Positions 11,128 through 24,339 of a stretch of DNA of 64,000 nucleotides are shown here, one piece after another. This stretch comes from Parasitella parasitica NRRL 2501 (taxonomy: Eukaryota; Fungi; Mucoromycota), in NCBI GenBank assembly GCA_025201805.1, contig MU619331.1, positions 1 to 64,000 of the forward strand, given 5' to 3'. The position numbers were made by a program, and so were the translations under genes. Every line of letters starts with the position of its first letter. Within the stretch, counting starts at the first letter, position 1. Below the pieces are notes generated by a model, which saw nothing but the letters and a program-made list of their open reading frames with translations, ran no database searches and was not told the origin of the DNA.

Positions 11128-13578
11128 ATGTCTCAGCAAGCACGTATTGACGTTATAAGCGGTGTCTTTGGTAGACCTCCTCGTGATATTCAATTCCCCA
11201 GGAACAGCGCTGGCAAACAGATGGTTGTCTCGGAAATCTTTGGCACCAATGTCTTTGGCATCAAAGAAATGGGCGACAGACTTCCCAAGCCTGTATTCAA
11301 GACCTTCTGCAATCAGCTCAAAGGCGGCCAAACTCTAGACAAAGTCACTGCCGATGCTATTGCGCACGCTGCCAAAGTTTGGGCTCTTGATCACAATGCT
11401 ACGCATTTTACTCATTGGTTCCAGCCTCTGAATGATACCACAGCCGAAAAGCATGATTCATTCTTGTCATTAAAGACTTCTTCTGTTGGTGGCCTTCGCG
11501 AGGTTGATGCAATTGAAACATTCTCTGGATCAGAGTTGTTGCAATCCGAGCCTGACGCTTCGTCTTTCCCGTCTGGCGGAATGCGTACTACCTTTGAGGC
11601 CCGCGGTTACACTGTTTGGGATACCAAGAGGTAAGTTTAGAAAATCATGCAAAATATGGATGTCGAGGTATTTATTGTGATACACACAAAGTCCTATGTT
11701 CCTTCAAGAAGGCCCTCATGGCACGATGATTCTGTACATCCCATCCGTCTTCATCTCTTATAACGGCGAAGCTCTCGATGAAAAGTCTGTTCTTTTGAGA
11801 TCTTCTTCTGTCATCTCCAAGGCCGCATTGGATATCCTTCATCTGATCGAGCCTGCTGATGGAAGTAAGTTGTTTTGATTCGCCAACTAATCGCGTTGTA
11901 TAGCTGAAAAGCATATTGCGAGATTATTCTGGGTTTAGTGCAAAGAGCCATGGGTTGACCTTTATGTTTGTCTAATTTAGATTCCCCTCGCACAAAAGAG
12001 ATCTTTACTACACTTGGAACCGAACAAGAGTACTTTTTGATCGACAGAGGTTTATATGCCCTTCGCCCTGATCTCAAGACTTGTGGCCGTACTCTTATTG
12101 GCGGTCTCCCTGCTCGCCATCAACAACTTGAAGACCATTACTTTGGCAAAATTCCTACCCGTGTTTTGGCTGCCATGAGTGAGGTTGAACTGGAATTAGC
12201 TAAACTAGGTGTCCCCATCAAGACTCGCCATAACGAAGTTGCACCGTGCCAATTTGAAGCCGCTCCCATCTTTGAGGAGGCTATGCTTGCTGTTGACCAC
12301 AATTTGTTAACAATGGATATCATGCATCGTGTTGCACACAAGTACAAGCTCAAATGTCTGTTTCATGAAAAGCCATTCAAAGGAGTAAATGGATCCGGCA
12401 AGCATTGTAATTGGAGTATCTCTACTGATCGTGGTGACAATCTCTTGAGTCCTAGTACTTCCCCAGAAACAAATTACCGTTTCTTGATCTTTTTGACCGC
12501 TGTTCTTAAGGGTGTCCTTGATCATGGCGATCTTTTGCGCGCTGGCGTTGCATCTGCTTCCAATGATCACCGTCTTGGCGCTCAAGAGGCTCCTCCTGGT
12601 ATTATCTCTGTCTTTTTGGGCTCTGAACTCAATGAAGTATTGAATGCTATTGAAGAAGGTCGCCCTGTCAACAAGACGCTAGCTGGTACCGAAACTACTC
12701 ACATGCACATTGAGGGTACTACTCTTGACCTTAAGGTTGCTACGTTGCCCAAATTAAATCGTGATATGACTGACCGTAATCGTACCTCACCCTTTGCTTT
12801 CACTGGCAACAAGTTTGAATTCCGTGCTGTTGGGTCAAAGCAATCTCCCTCGTTCCCTGTCACTATCCTCAACTCTGCTGTCGCCTCAGCCCTTTTGGAA
12901 ATCAAGAATGACCTCCACAAGCAAATGGGCTGTAAGGCTGTTGCATCTGAGGAAGATATGTTGGTTGTCATTCGCAAATATATTTCCTTAACAAAGAAAA
13001 TTCGTTTTGAAGGTGATAATTACTCGGAAGAGTGGGTCCAAGAAGCTGCTCAGCGTGGTCTTCCTAATATTGTCAAAAGCCCGGAAGCTTTCAAGCGTAT
13101 CTTGAGCCCCCATAACACTGAAATGCTTACTCGTCTTGGTGTTTTTACTGCGGCTGAATTGGAATCTCGTTATCATATTCTTGCTGAAAAGTACACCAAG
13201 GAAATTATTATTGAAGCACAAACTCTGTGGGGTCTCTTGATCCAACATGTCCTTCCTGCTGCCTTTAGTTATCGCCGCGAACTCTCAGAATCTGCTACCT
13301 ACTTGATGCAGCTTGGTTCGGATGCTGCTCCTGAATTAAAATGGCTGGGAGAATTAGCTCCCATTGCTACTGCTCTTCAAGAATCTGCTGAGAAACTGGA
13401 TGCTTTATTGGCCGAACAGCAGCCCATTCAAGAATCTGAGCATGCTGCTGAGCATGCTTGCACCAAAATTGCACCTGCTATTGAAGAAATTCGCAATTTT
13501 ACCGATCAGTTGGAAAGACTTGTTGCCGACAAGCATTGGCCACTACCCAAGTATCATGAAATGTTTTCCACTCTTTAA
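11128..13578 (+). CDS. Glutamine synthetase type III; 3 exons
   Basis: GSIII motifs [97 protein letters not shown]. Introns 11631-11691 and 11865-11980. Confidence 0.93.
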
Positions 13579-14270
13579 TTACTGATTTACTTGAAATCAT
13601 TCCTCGTCATTTTCCATTCTATTTTCAAATTAAACAAGTTATTATATGAAAAATAAAATCCGAAAAAAGTAACGATAAATACCCTTGATGTAACATGTTT
13701 TCAACTGAATCACAAATCATTCATCATCTGTGGCACTGTGAACTTTTTTCTATTAATAGCAGAAAGTATGTCGCAATGGTTTCCACGTATTTTCAAGAGA
13801 AAGACCTGAACTAAGTACGACAAGGATACTGAACATATTTAAACAATTGTCAATTCGATGCGTTTATGCGCAAAGTCTTTTTAATCTGTATGGTTTTACG
13901 CATCCATTGAAAAAGGTAGAAAAAAGCCATTGAAGCGATGCAAATGTCAACTTTTCTTCACTATAGTGTGTGGAGGGGGTGGAATAGCTCGTAATTTTGG
14001 TCTTCATAAAATTTTTCATAGTTGCTGGGATGCACCGGATGTATAAAAGGCTTTATGAACGCAAAACCGAGCTTATAGTTCTTTTATTTACTTCTAAAAG
14101 AAACAATACTGTAATTACACACTGCTGAGAGTCCTTGAAAACTAACTAATTGCATAAACATCCATCATATAAATGCCGCCGTTGGTGTATAACAAAGTAA
14201 GCTTTATTAAAACTTTGCATTTGAAACTGTTTTATAATGCGAATCAAATGTACTTATCCAGTATGAGAGT

Positions 14271-16032
14271 CTAAACAACGGATGATGCTCGTTCAAGGAC
14301 ATCTAAAACCTTCTGGCGGATACCAAACTTGCCATTTCTATCGTTGCTAAACCATTTCACTGTCTCCTCACCAGTTTGCAGATTATGCAGTAGTTTGGCA
14401 TCTAAAATTTCCTTCTCTGAAGGTAGAGCATATCTGCGGTAAGGGTGCAAATGATAGTCTTCATCGTTACGGAAGCTGAGACGTCTTTTGACGTTGGCGT
14501 GGAAAAGCTTGGTTCGAATGTCATTGTGCAAATCCAGGTCTTCAAGTCTTTTAGGGTTCCATCGGGGAGGTTTCTTGTGAATAACATGAGAAGTGACACC
14601 CTCAACTAAGTCATCTAAGAACTACATGTTTAAATTGTCGAATTAATAACAGTTCAGGTGATAATGTATATGAATAGTATGCATCAATTTTAAATGAAAC
14701 GACTACTTACAGGGACAGTTTGCCATAAGACATGTTCCATCCTCAAGCAATCCTTGATAGATAATTTAGATCCTTTTCGAAGATGCTCTAATGTCACTTT
14801 TAGGCTAGTTGGAGAACGTTTCATTAATGTATCTAATGTATCTAATGCGAATTTGGAGCCATCTTCCTTCAAAGCGTCGACAATTCTTTCTACAGTGTTA
14901 TATTGAAAACATTTGTCTATAATAAGTCTATGTTCACCGTGCAATGTATAAGTTTGAGGTGCGTGGTCTTTTTCGACAGCAAACTCTTCGATTGTAGTGT
15001 GAACTAGGTCATGATTGGGCTCATTTATTTCTGCTAAACGAGACCCCAACTCTTTTAAGCGTGAGGAAGGAACAAAATGTGTGGCGATACCAGAAAATCT
15101 AATGTTTTATATGCTGTGTTAATAATGAGGATCAAACTGCTTACGGTATACACTTACAAGGCATCTTCTGCTTTTACAATGCGACTTGTCAGACCCATAT
15201 ATCGACCTAATTGACCATCTAATCGAGAATAAAAAAAGCTTGCCCCCACATCGCAAAACAATCCAATGGCGGTTTCAGGCATTGCGAACTGGGTGTTTTC
15301 AGTTGCGATCCTGAACGGGCCCAAACAGGATATGCCGCCACCAGCGCCCACTATTTCCAATTAATTAGCATAAAGTAGGCGGCAGAAGTATAAAAGCACT
15401 CACTTGTAATTCCATCCATCACGGCAACGTAGGGTGTTTTCATAGTACCAAGGAAATGGATCATCTCGTACTCTGTGTCAATTTGATGTTCTAAATTAGA
15501 GATTCTCTGAGGATCCTTTAGCTGATTGATGACATCTAGAATATTTTTTAGCTTCAAAGACTCCGTGGAGAAGAACAAAACGCATACCTTTCACATCTCC
15601 ACCAGCACATAATGCTCTGCCAACACCTTCCATGAATACAACGTGAACCTTATCTGATTCCTCCCACGCCTACAGGGTAAATGTTTAATATCTTGCGTGT
15701 CAATAACGAAACAAGGAAATGCAAATACCTTCAAGTTTGGATATATAATGTCCACCATCTCCATATCCAAGGCATTCAATCTCTTTGGCCTGTTCAGAAT
15801 TAAATGGCGAGCTCCCAAATTCTTTTTGACCAGAACAGGAGACTATAAAACATATAATCAATATCTGTCAGCAAAATACACAAGATGGGAATCTACCTCA
15901 AGGGAAAGCTGTTGCTGTTGTGATGCAAACTGTAAATAGTAACAATTCCTCGTTAGCAGAGTTCTTGTTATAATATATACACGTAGTAATTACACTTCTG
16001 CTGAGAATCCTAGTTATGGATCTTGAAGTCAT
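14271..16032 (-). CDS. EHD3: 3-hydroxyisobutyryl-CoA hydrolase, mitochondrial (crotonase family); multi-exon
   Basis: LNRPKRLNALD, AVMDGIT, FRIATENTQFAMPETAIGLFCDVG, RSPTSLKVT; basic N-terminal presequence MTSRSITRILSRS. Confidence 0.88.
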
Positions 16033-16344
16033 TTCGAAAGAAGTAACAGAAGAAGAGCTCTTTCGCACACTGTGCTTTATACATTTGCCGGAGAAGCTAC
16101 AGTAATGTTACACTCAAATTGCGGTTGATCATCTTTCTACCGTAGTTAAACTCGAACGGCAGTTGATGTTATTTCTTTTTTTCAAACAACAGATTTATTT
16201 GATACTACTATAGAAGATATATTTATAATTTTGAGCGCTGAAATTTACAATGAGATGAGGTTATTTGATATAATGATGAAAAAATGGGGTAGAGAGTTAT
16301 GATTTTTTTTTCCCCTGGATGTTTAATGAAACATTTCAACTGGT

Positions 16345-17103
16345 TTAGTTGGCAGCTTGTATGGAAAAATCGCTTGCAACAAATCCCCAGCCATCAATGT
16401 CCTCGTGTTCTTGATTGTAGCGTGTGTAAGATTCTCTGCGACGAACAACCTCATTTCCAGCCAGTAATTTCCAACGAGGATAAACAGAAACAACTGTAGC
16501 GCAACTAGCTAAATCAGTATCAGGCACAATTGCGAAATTTACAGATTTGAAGCCGGGTACTCCAAAGTCAACTCCAAAGCCTCTCATTTTAGGTTGCAAA
16601 GAAGCAGACGTAGTACAACGAGCATTCTTAAGTTCCTTTGACTTTACATGCACAAAGTCTTGAATAGATCTTTTCTCGGTCAAGACGAAATCACATGACA
16701 GGATGGCACCAAAGATAAAAGAGCAAGTGATATTTTCCATTACATTTGCGACAAATATACGGAGACATCCAGGTACTTGTGCAGGAGCGGACGGGTCAGC
16801 ATCCGCATCCGCATCAGCAATAGCAGCGGTTTCGACAAGGTGAGCTAAACAGTATTCATCATCAACATCTTCCATCAGCTTGTTTACAGTCATAAAGTTT
16901 TCTTCAATGTCATTCATGATGAAATCCGCATCATTGCTCTCAGCAAAAGGATTGTAGTCGTAGATGGCGACAACTTGATCAGTCTGAATGGGGTCGTAAC
17001 AATGCTGCTTGACCTCAAAGTGCTGAAAGGAGCAATGGATTACAACCAGACTATTATAGATGGTTGTAAAGGGCGAAAAGGTCTTTAGTAAAATATCCAA
17101 CAT
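16345..17103 (-). CDS. Hypothetical protein, intronless (~252 aa)
   Basis: Long uninterrupted ORF with coding-like codon usage, preceded by a pyrimidine tract and a TATA-like element; no family recognised. Confidence 0.6.
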   Translation of the reverse strand: MLDILLKTFSPFTTIYNSLVVIHCSFQHFEVKQHCYDPIQTDQVVAIYDYNPFAESNDADFIMNDIEENFMTVNKLMEDVDDEYCLAHLVETAAIADADADADPSAPAQVPGCLRIFVANVMENITCSFIFGAILSCDFVLTEKRSIQDFVHVKSKELKNARCTTSASLQPKMRGFGVDFGVPGFKSVNFAIVPDTDLASCATVVSVYPRWKLLAGNEVVRRRESYTRYNQEHEDIDGWGFVASDFSIQAAN

Positions 17104-17462
17104 CTTTGCTAAAGACGGACTCGATGAGACAAAGAAGCCTTTTCTTGCTTTACAGGCTTTGTTGTTGTGTGTAGATTTCAAGAAAGGGAAGAAAGAGAAA
17201 AAAAATTCTTTATATATAATGCAAAAAAGAAATTATTTTTAAGGAGTGCGAGACCACCAAGTTGTCTTTCGCACTCGCTGTGATGATGCTGCATTGGTAT
17301 AGCATGAAGGTTACATTAAAATCACTTGACTGGAGACTGGAGGAGCCATTGCATCCGAGAGAGAGAAGTCGCTGGTCTTGAATACAATAATGTGGTCAGT
17401 TAGCGCCCAAACACGTAATTTGTTTATCACTTTACATCTCTTTTGTGCTTTTCCCACTACAC

Positions 17463-19153
17463 ATGCCAAATCACAAAGGGCCACCTGTTGCGTCGATTTC
17501 ATTAACCGTACAAAAGGGAGAGCATCAGTATGCAATTCTAAAGATACTAAGCGATGCCAATGCTAGCACAGAAACGAAAGCGACGCAGGATGTGATATTA
17601 TGCACATACTCAATACCGTCTCATATTTCGATACCAGAATTTCTAGAGTTTGTAGCTCCCATAGACTTGTTTGTAGCTCATTACAGAGTATTTAGGTAAG
17701 TCGCCATTGCTGTGCATACCATCCTCCTCCTTGTCTAATGCCAACGCAGCAACGCATCTCTGGATACTTACATGGTCTTGCTGAAATTCCGGGATCCCTA
17801 TTCTGCCAACAACTATTACCAGCAATACAACAATCGTCTGTTCAGTTCCATGGAGGTATGTATCATTACTGGAGATCCAATGTATCGCAAATTCTAAAAA
17901 TGGACAGCCCGAGACATGTCAAGTGGTTTACGTCGAATCAGTCGAGTTCAGCCCTGTCACCACATCACCTTACACATTTCCTTTTACGCAACAAACAGGG
18001 CTCCAGCAAGACGACCTATTGCCAACATGCCCTGTCTGCTTGGAGCCTATGGATGAGAGTTCTACAGGCTTATTGACCATTTTGTGCCAGCACACCTTCC
18101 ATTGCCATTGTTTATCCAAATGGGGAGACGGCAGCTGTCCGGTTTGTCGCTACTCCCAAAAACCACGTCGTCGATCTATAGAAAACGACACTGCTCGAAA
18201 TACCCCAACCACGACGTTAACAAGGCATTCTAGCGATGAAAACGAATGTGCGACATGCCATTCGAGAGACAATCTGTGGGTTTGTATGACCTGTGGGAAT
18301 GTGGGCTGTGGACGATATGACAATGCGCACGCCTATGAACATTATCGCCAAACAGACCACCTTTATTCACTGGAAATTGAAACGCAACGAGTATGGGATT
18401 ATGCGGGCGATGGATACGTACATCGATTGATACAGAATGCTGTAGATGGAAAACTAGTAGAGTTGCCGAGCACAACCGAGGATTCGAGCATCAATGCATC
18501 ACAGGTAAAATGGGGCGAACGTCAGGGTCCTGCTCTCGGAATGCATTCTCTGACACGGTACTCACACTAGGAAAAAATGGAGGCCATTTCACTTGAATAC
18601 AATTATTTGCTCAACACACAGCTGGACTCACAGCGAATATATTACGAGCGACAAATGGATCAAGTCGCAGCACAGCTTTCGGAGATGAGGTCCAAGACGA
18701 GATCACTGCTCGCAGAATCAGATCAATCACAGACCGAAAATAAACGATTAGAGGCAGAAAATAGGGAAACGGAAAAGCAGATTGTGGAAATAACCAACGG
18801 GAAAGAAAAGGCAAGTAAAAAACTGGAATCTTGGAAGGAGAAATGCGAATCGACCAAACTTGTTTGGCTGGAAGAGAAGGAGGTAAGCCAGATTCACGGA
18901 TGGCTGCAAATCGTTCAAACAACAGACTCTTCTCTAGATGACAAATTCATTACTCGAGAACAACAATTTATTGCTCAAATGCGCAGAGGATAGGGAAAAG
19001 GCGATCAAAGAGCTCAGTGATCAGGTTCAAGATTTAAAGTTTTTTCTTGAAGCCAGAGAAAAGGTTCAGGGACGTCCAGAATTGCAGGGTGGGAGTATGG
19101 AGACTCGCACTCCACAACGTCGGTCAAAGAAAGGGAAAGGCAAAAGGCCTTGA
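17463..19153 (+). CDS. ETP1: BRAP2/ETP1-like RING + zf-UBP E3 ligase; multi-exon
   Basis: RING LPTCPVCLEPMDE..LCQHTFHCHCLSKWGDGSCPVCR, zf-UBP LWVCMTCGNVGCGRY...RVWDYAGDGYVHRL, C-terminal coiled coil. Start is approximate. Confidence 0.88.
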
Positions 19154-19467
19154 ACATGCATACGCATTACTCAGGGCTGCAACATATGTACATAGCTATA
19201 TACACCATTCTATCTTGTATAAAAAACGAATGCTTCATTGCAAACTATGGTAAACACATCTTTCAATCATGACGCCATTGTCTATTGCCATACCGATCCC
19301 TCTACTTGAAGCGAGTACTTGATCTTCCACGGTAAACACTATTGTCATTGCTGAGATTGATAATTCAAATACACATATACTCCTTTATTCATTGTATAAT
19401 TTTAATGTATATCCGGCCTGACTAATAAATAGACAAACGGTATGCTTAGTTACATTCCCTCTTCGTT

Positions 19468-20943
19468 TTATAATTGCGGTGGATGCTGTGGTGGTGTTGC
19501 GCTCAAACCAAATAGACTTCCAGAAACTCGTCGAGAAGAATTGCTGTTTCTTTGAAAACTGCTGCTAGCAGACGAGCTTACAGAAGGTGATCTACTCGTA
19601 TTACTTCCTGGAATAGATTGTGGGGAGACGAAACTATGGGACGAATTAATAAAGAGAGATTCAAATTGATCCAGGCTCAGTGGAGGAATAGAAGTCGAGG
19701 CTGTTGGAGTAGCAGACCTTTGAGATGAATTGGAAACAGAGCGACGTCCCTGTATCAAACCCTTTGAGTCTCTTGCATGTACATCTAGTGTAGATGTTGT
19801 TTTTTCATACCTGCTTTTCATGATTTGGCGAAACATGTACTGCTCGGAATACCCGCGGAACTCGCCTACAGATTATCAAAAGACGGGTTAACGGTTATAT
19901 TCGGATGTAGGACACGAAACACTCGTATATATATACCCATCATCGATATCTTCAACTGGCAGATTGTTCTCTTTTCTGAACTGAATCAATTCTGATTTAT
20001 ACTTGTTGCATTGCTGATGTTTCTGATTATCTGCATTGATGTATGTATACATGTCAAACGTTAGCAATATTATCAATTAATCAAGTATATCTGGATACTT
20101 GCATTCTTTTTCCATCTCCAACGCTCTTGCCCTTAAACTAACCAACTCATGTTTGAGCACCTCTACTAATCCTGGAGGAGCAGGCAAACCAGGATCACCC
20201 ATAAGCTGTCTTGATGCCACAGCTGCAGGTGTTGCAGTCGGTGTCGTAGGTCGCTTTTTGGAGGCACTGCTATTGTGTGTACATGTAAGTTGTATAAAAC
20301 GGAAAATAATAAGCATACTGCTTGTTTTACCCTATTAATGGAGACGAAATTCCCATAGAGACTACAGGACTAGCCGGTATCGAAGAAGAAGAAGAGGATC
20401 CGTGACGAGACGGAATAGGCGAAGTCTGCTGTTGACGAAGCAGCTCCAATTGCTTCTGCAATCTGTTTACCATGTATTCTTGCTCTTGTTCCAAAATGTT
20501 CTCGAGGTCGATTTTCTCCTTTTGAAGCTTTGATTTCATGGTTAGGCAACGTTGCATTATAATGGAACATACAGCCATATTGATACCTGCACTAATTTCT
20601 TTTGCAACATGTTGGTCAGCCATTCTTCTTCTTGCTCAACTTGGATTAATAGCTCTCCTTTTTCTTTTTTTAGTCCTGTTATATGCTTGAGCAGTCTGTT
20701 GGATATAGACTCTTCCTCTTGCTCAGTGAAAACTGACATGTCAACTGCAGTTTTCTTGAGCGACTGATTGTCATTGTGCAAGATGTTGGTGTGCCCTTGC
20801 TCCATTTCTAATTCAAATTCCAGCTTTTTGATGCGAGCTGCTTGCTGCCTGTGCTTTTCATACAGTTTCTTGGCTTCTTCTCGAAGATGATCGATGTTAC
20901 CAAGGGTGGCAATGTGACGGATGTAGTCGTCCTTGGTTGACAT
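19468..20943 (-). CDS. CCDC6-like coiled-coil protein; multi-exon
   Basis: Repeated EQEEE(x)2-3N(x)L(x)K motifs (EQEEESISNRLLK, EQEEEWLTNMLQKKL, EQEQEYMVNRLQKQL) and a Ser-rich tail. Confidence 0.75.
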
Positions 20944-21852
20944 GTCTGAATCAATGTATTTCTGAATGTACCCCTCCTTTTTTTTTGTCGTTTGTTATTC
21001 ATTATTGTCAGTTCCTTTTTTTTTCTTACAATGGATGTTTTACCATAAATGTCAATTTATCAGAACTAGGATAGTGTGTCGCAGCACACGTGGTTGTACT
21101 TTTTGCAAGCTGTTTTTCTTGTTCCACATGCAAAGCGCTCATTTGAAACTCGCTTTTTTCTTTCTTTATGTGCTGATTTTGCAAATCTGTGGGCACAAAT
21201 CTTCAGGGGGGGGGGAGAGTAGGAATTCCGATAAATTTGTATAAAAGTGGATAAACTATATTCTAATAAACCAATCTAAAGCAGAATTGCTTTATGTCCA
21301 AAGGGCAAACTATACGGGAAGAAAGGGGGGCAGTGAGAGGGCTACTGAGAAGAGGGTATGGTGTTGAGAGTTGACAAAAATCCAGGGGAAGTTGAATGTA
21401 CTACAAAGAAAATGAAAAAGAAAGAGAAAAGAGGAAAGAGAAGAACCTGTGTGCTGTGTGTGTGTGTGTAATATTTCTTGCTTAAACTGCATCCTAGCAT
21501 CGTCTACAGATGTTGGTCAGAAGGCTTTATGGACACCCTCACGTCACTGGCTAGTGTATAAAACTTGTAAACAAAATATAAATGAAGCAATTGATACCAT
21601 TATTTATACGGCACATGTACAACCAATGCATCCCAAAGACAGAATATACACTATATTTTAGTGTATCTGCCTAGGGGAAAGGGCATGCCGACTCCTAAAT
21701 GGTAAATTTAGATACAGTACATCCTCACCATCCTCATCATATTAATAGCATCAGCATATATTGAATAATCTCATCAGCAAAACCAAATATAATGCATCAG
21801 TTTTGTTTTTTCTTTGCTTTTTCATTTCTTTCTTCCTCTACCTTTATTTAAA

Positions 21853-22234
21853 ATGAACACTTCTGATAGCTGCGAAATCTGCGCCCGAAAGGTTTATGTC
21901 ATTGAAAAGGTAGAAGCCAATAACCGTGTCTATCATAAGGGCTGTTTCAAGGTAAAGAATGGATTTTTTGTTTGTCCTGGATGGACGGCAGTTTAATTAA
22001 ACACTGTAAACTATAGTGCAAAGAAAACGGCTGTAGACTGACAATTGCAAATTTCCACTACCATAATGGCGAACTATTCTGTCCAAAGCATGTCCCAAAG
22101 CTTCAAGCAGTTGTCATCCAAAGTATGTTTCCAGTATCGGCTTAGACTCTATATACTACTTCATACTAATTCCAAATCGACTTGTAGCAAAAAAGAGAGC
22201 ATTATCATCAGAGTTTAATTTAGGTCGTCTTTAG
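21853..22234 (+). CDS. Small single-LIM-domain protein (~83 aa); 3 exons
   Basis: Spliced sequence CEICARKVYVIEK..YHKGCFK|CKENGCRL...LFCPKH fits the LIM consensus. Confidence 0.8.
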
Positions 22235-22374
22235 AGACAGAGATTTCAATATATAATAGCAATAAATTTCATCATAATACATTTATATCAGAGTGAAAAG
22301 CGTATAAACGATGCATTTGATTTATTTACAAGTACAACAATTGTAAACAGTTGATAGAAAAATAAAAAGATGGC

Positions 22375-24339
22375 TTATACATCTTGTTCTTCTTCTGGTA
22401 CCATTAATTCCTCAATCTCCTTGGTATCAGGGATCTCCAGGGGTATATATATCAAGTAGACTACAAAGGAAAAATACATGGCACAGAAAACCACTACGTA
22501 CAAAGGCCATTGCAATTCATCGAGATAGTTGATAACAAGATGCACATTGAATGCAATCACAACAAACGAAATGATCCAACACACAATGTTTGTGGTGATT
22601 GAATTCTTGAATACCTTGGTCATTACTTGCTGCGATGCCGTTAGTTTTAATATGGGGATAACCGCTGTGGGAAGGCACAAACTATCCAGTTGTATGATTT
22701 AATAAATGGCTTATTATTTTAATAAGATACGCAACGCATTACCTCTGAAGTACATTTAAGAATTCACCCATAGTATCAAATCGATCCACAGCTAATACAG
22801 CTACTAGCATGCTAGGCACCAACGCAACTGCACGAGTTAATGCAACTCGATGCCATTGCTTTTTAAATATAGCTCCCAAAAATCCTTCTACGACCTGTGT
22901 ATAGAAGCGTTGGTCTTAGTAAACTTTGTACTGCATTTAATATGTATAAACACTTATGGCGAAACTTACGTACTGGCCTGCGAGTGTACCAGTCATGGTA
23001 GAACATTGGCCAGCTGCTAATAGCCCCAATGCCCAAAAATATTTCGCACTTTTGCCCAGTGTGTTTGAGAGAACTTCAGAAGCATCGTATAAGCCGGGTA
23101 ATTGAGTGATTATTTGACCAGGTTTGTAAAATACTTGCGCAAACACTACAACAACAGCTAGGTTGATCAAATAGGACACAAATAGCGAAATTGTGGATTC
23201 AATTGCAAAGTAAAAATTGGCCTCCCTCTTTTTATTCTCTGTAGGAGTCGTTCCGAGATAACGAGACATTACAAGTGCACTAGTTTGAGAAGAACAAGTA
23301 AGTGTGTATACCATATATATAATGTGTCCGTATAAATTTAATCAATCAAGTTGTAAATATCTATACCTATGCAAAAACATATTGTGCGGCATAATCACAG
23401 CTCCCACCATGCCAACAGCTTGCACCTTTGCTTCAGCTGGAATCTCAGGCACCAAAATGCCTCTGATAATCGATTCAATGCTAGGATGAGACGCAAACAT
23501 TTCCAGCCAAAAGCAGCCAATCATAACACCAATCAATGAAATGAAGAATATCTCAACTTTGCGAACGCCATATTGTTGTAGCCCCATGAAAAGAAATGTG
23601 TCTGTGGCCGTAATCATGACGCCAATCCACAATTGAAGTCGAAATATGATTTTCAACGCAATCGCTGTGCCAATAATTTCCTGGATGTCGGAACCGATGA
23701 TGGCACATTGAGTAAACAGCCAAATGGCTACGGATGTTGGTCTATTGTAGTTTCTTCTGATGAGTTGAGCAAGATGGCTCTGTGTCACAACACCTAATCT
23801 GAGTGATAGAATCTGGATTGCCAAACCTGATGAACCGCATGTGGTGTTAGCATACATGATGTTCACAACATATTCTTGTGATGCTTTACATTACCCGCAA
23901 CATGAGACCAGAATAAAAGCCATAGCAACTTGTATCCTGCGATGGATCCCGCTTGCAAATCCGATTCAAGGTTTCCAGGATCCAAATATGCGATAGCCCT
24001 ATATGTCAGATGATTTTAGTATAAAGCGAGACTAAATAGAAAAAATATATCTTGAGTTAGATTATTTACATTAGCCAGCCTATGGGTTACAATAAAAAAA
24101 TCAATTCAGCAATATGAATATAATCTGTTTGTATATACTTTACCAGGGCCAGTGTACTGCAGTAGTTTTTTGAATGAAAACGAATTCAATTCTTCTTCAG
24201 CGCCAGTGTTCACTTGTCCTTTGACGTCTATTTCTACATTCCAGTCGTAAGAGTTGTGTTCATTTGCTGTCTGGTAGCTATTTTGTGTGTCTTGAAGTAG
24301 CCTTGAAGTCTCTACAGTTTGGTCGCTTGATAATGACAT
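22375..24339 (-). CDS. NRAMP/SMF divalent metal transporter; multi-exon, includes a 10-nt exon
   Basis: [48 protein letters not shown]. Confidence 0.93.

Noticed and set aside
11865-11980. Possible micro-exon or poison exon inside the 116-nt GSIII intron (ACTAAT..GTATAG at 11903)
   Set aside because: The first sub-intron would be only 39 nt, no frame-compatible internal donor exists, and a single intron already restores the frame.
14615-14710. Apparent phase mismatch suggesting another micro-exon in HIBCH
   Set aside because: Resolved by the upstream acceptor CATGTAG|TTC TTA GAT, which is in frame.
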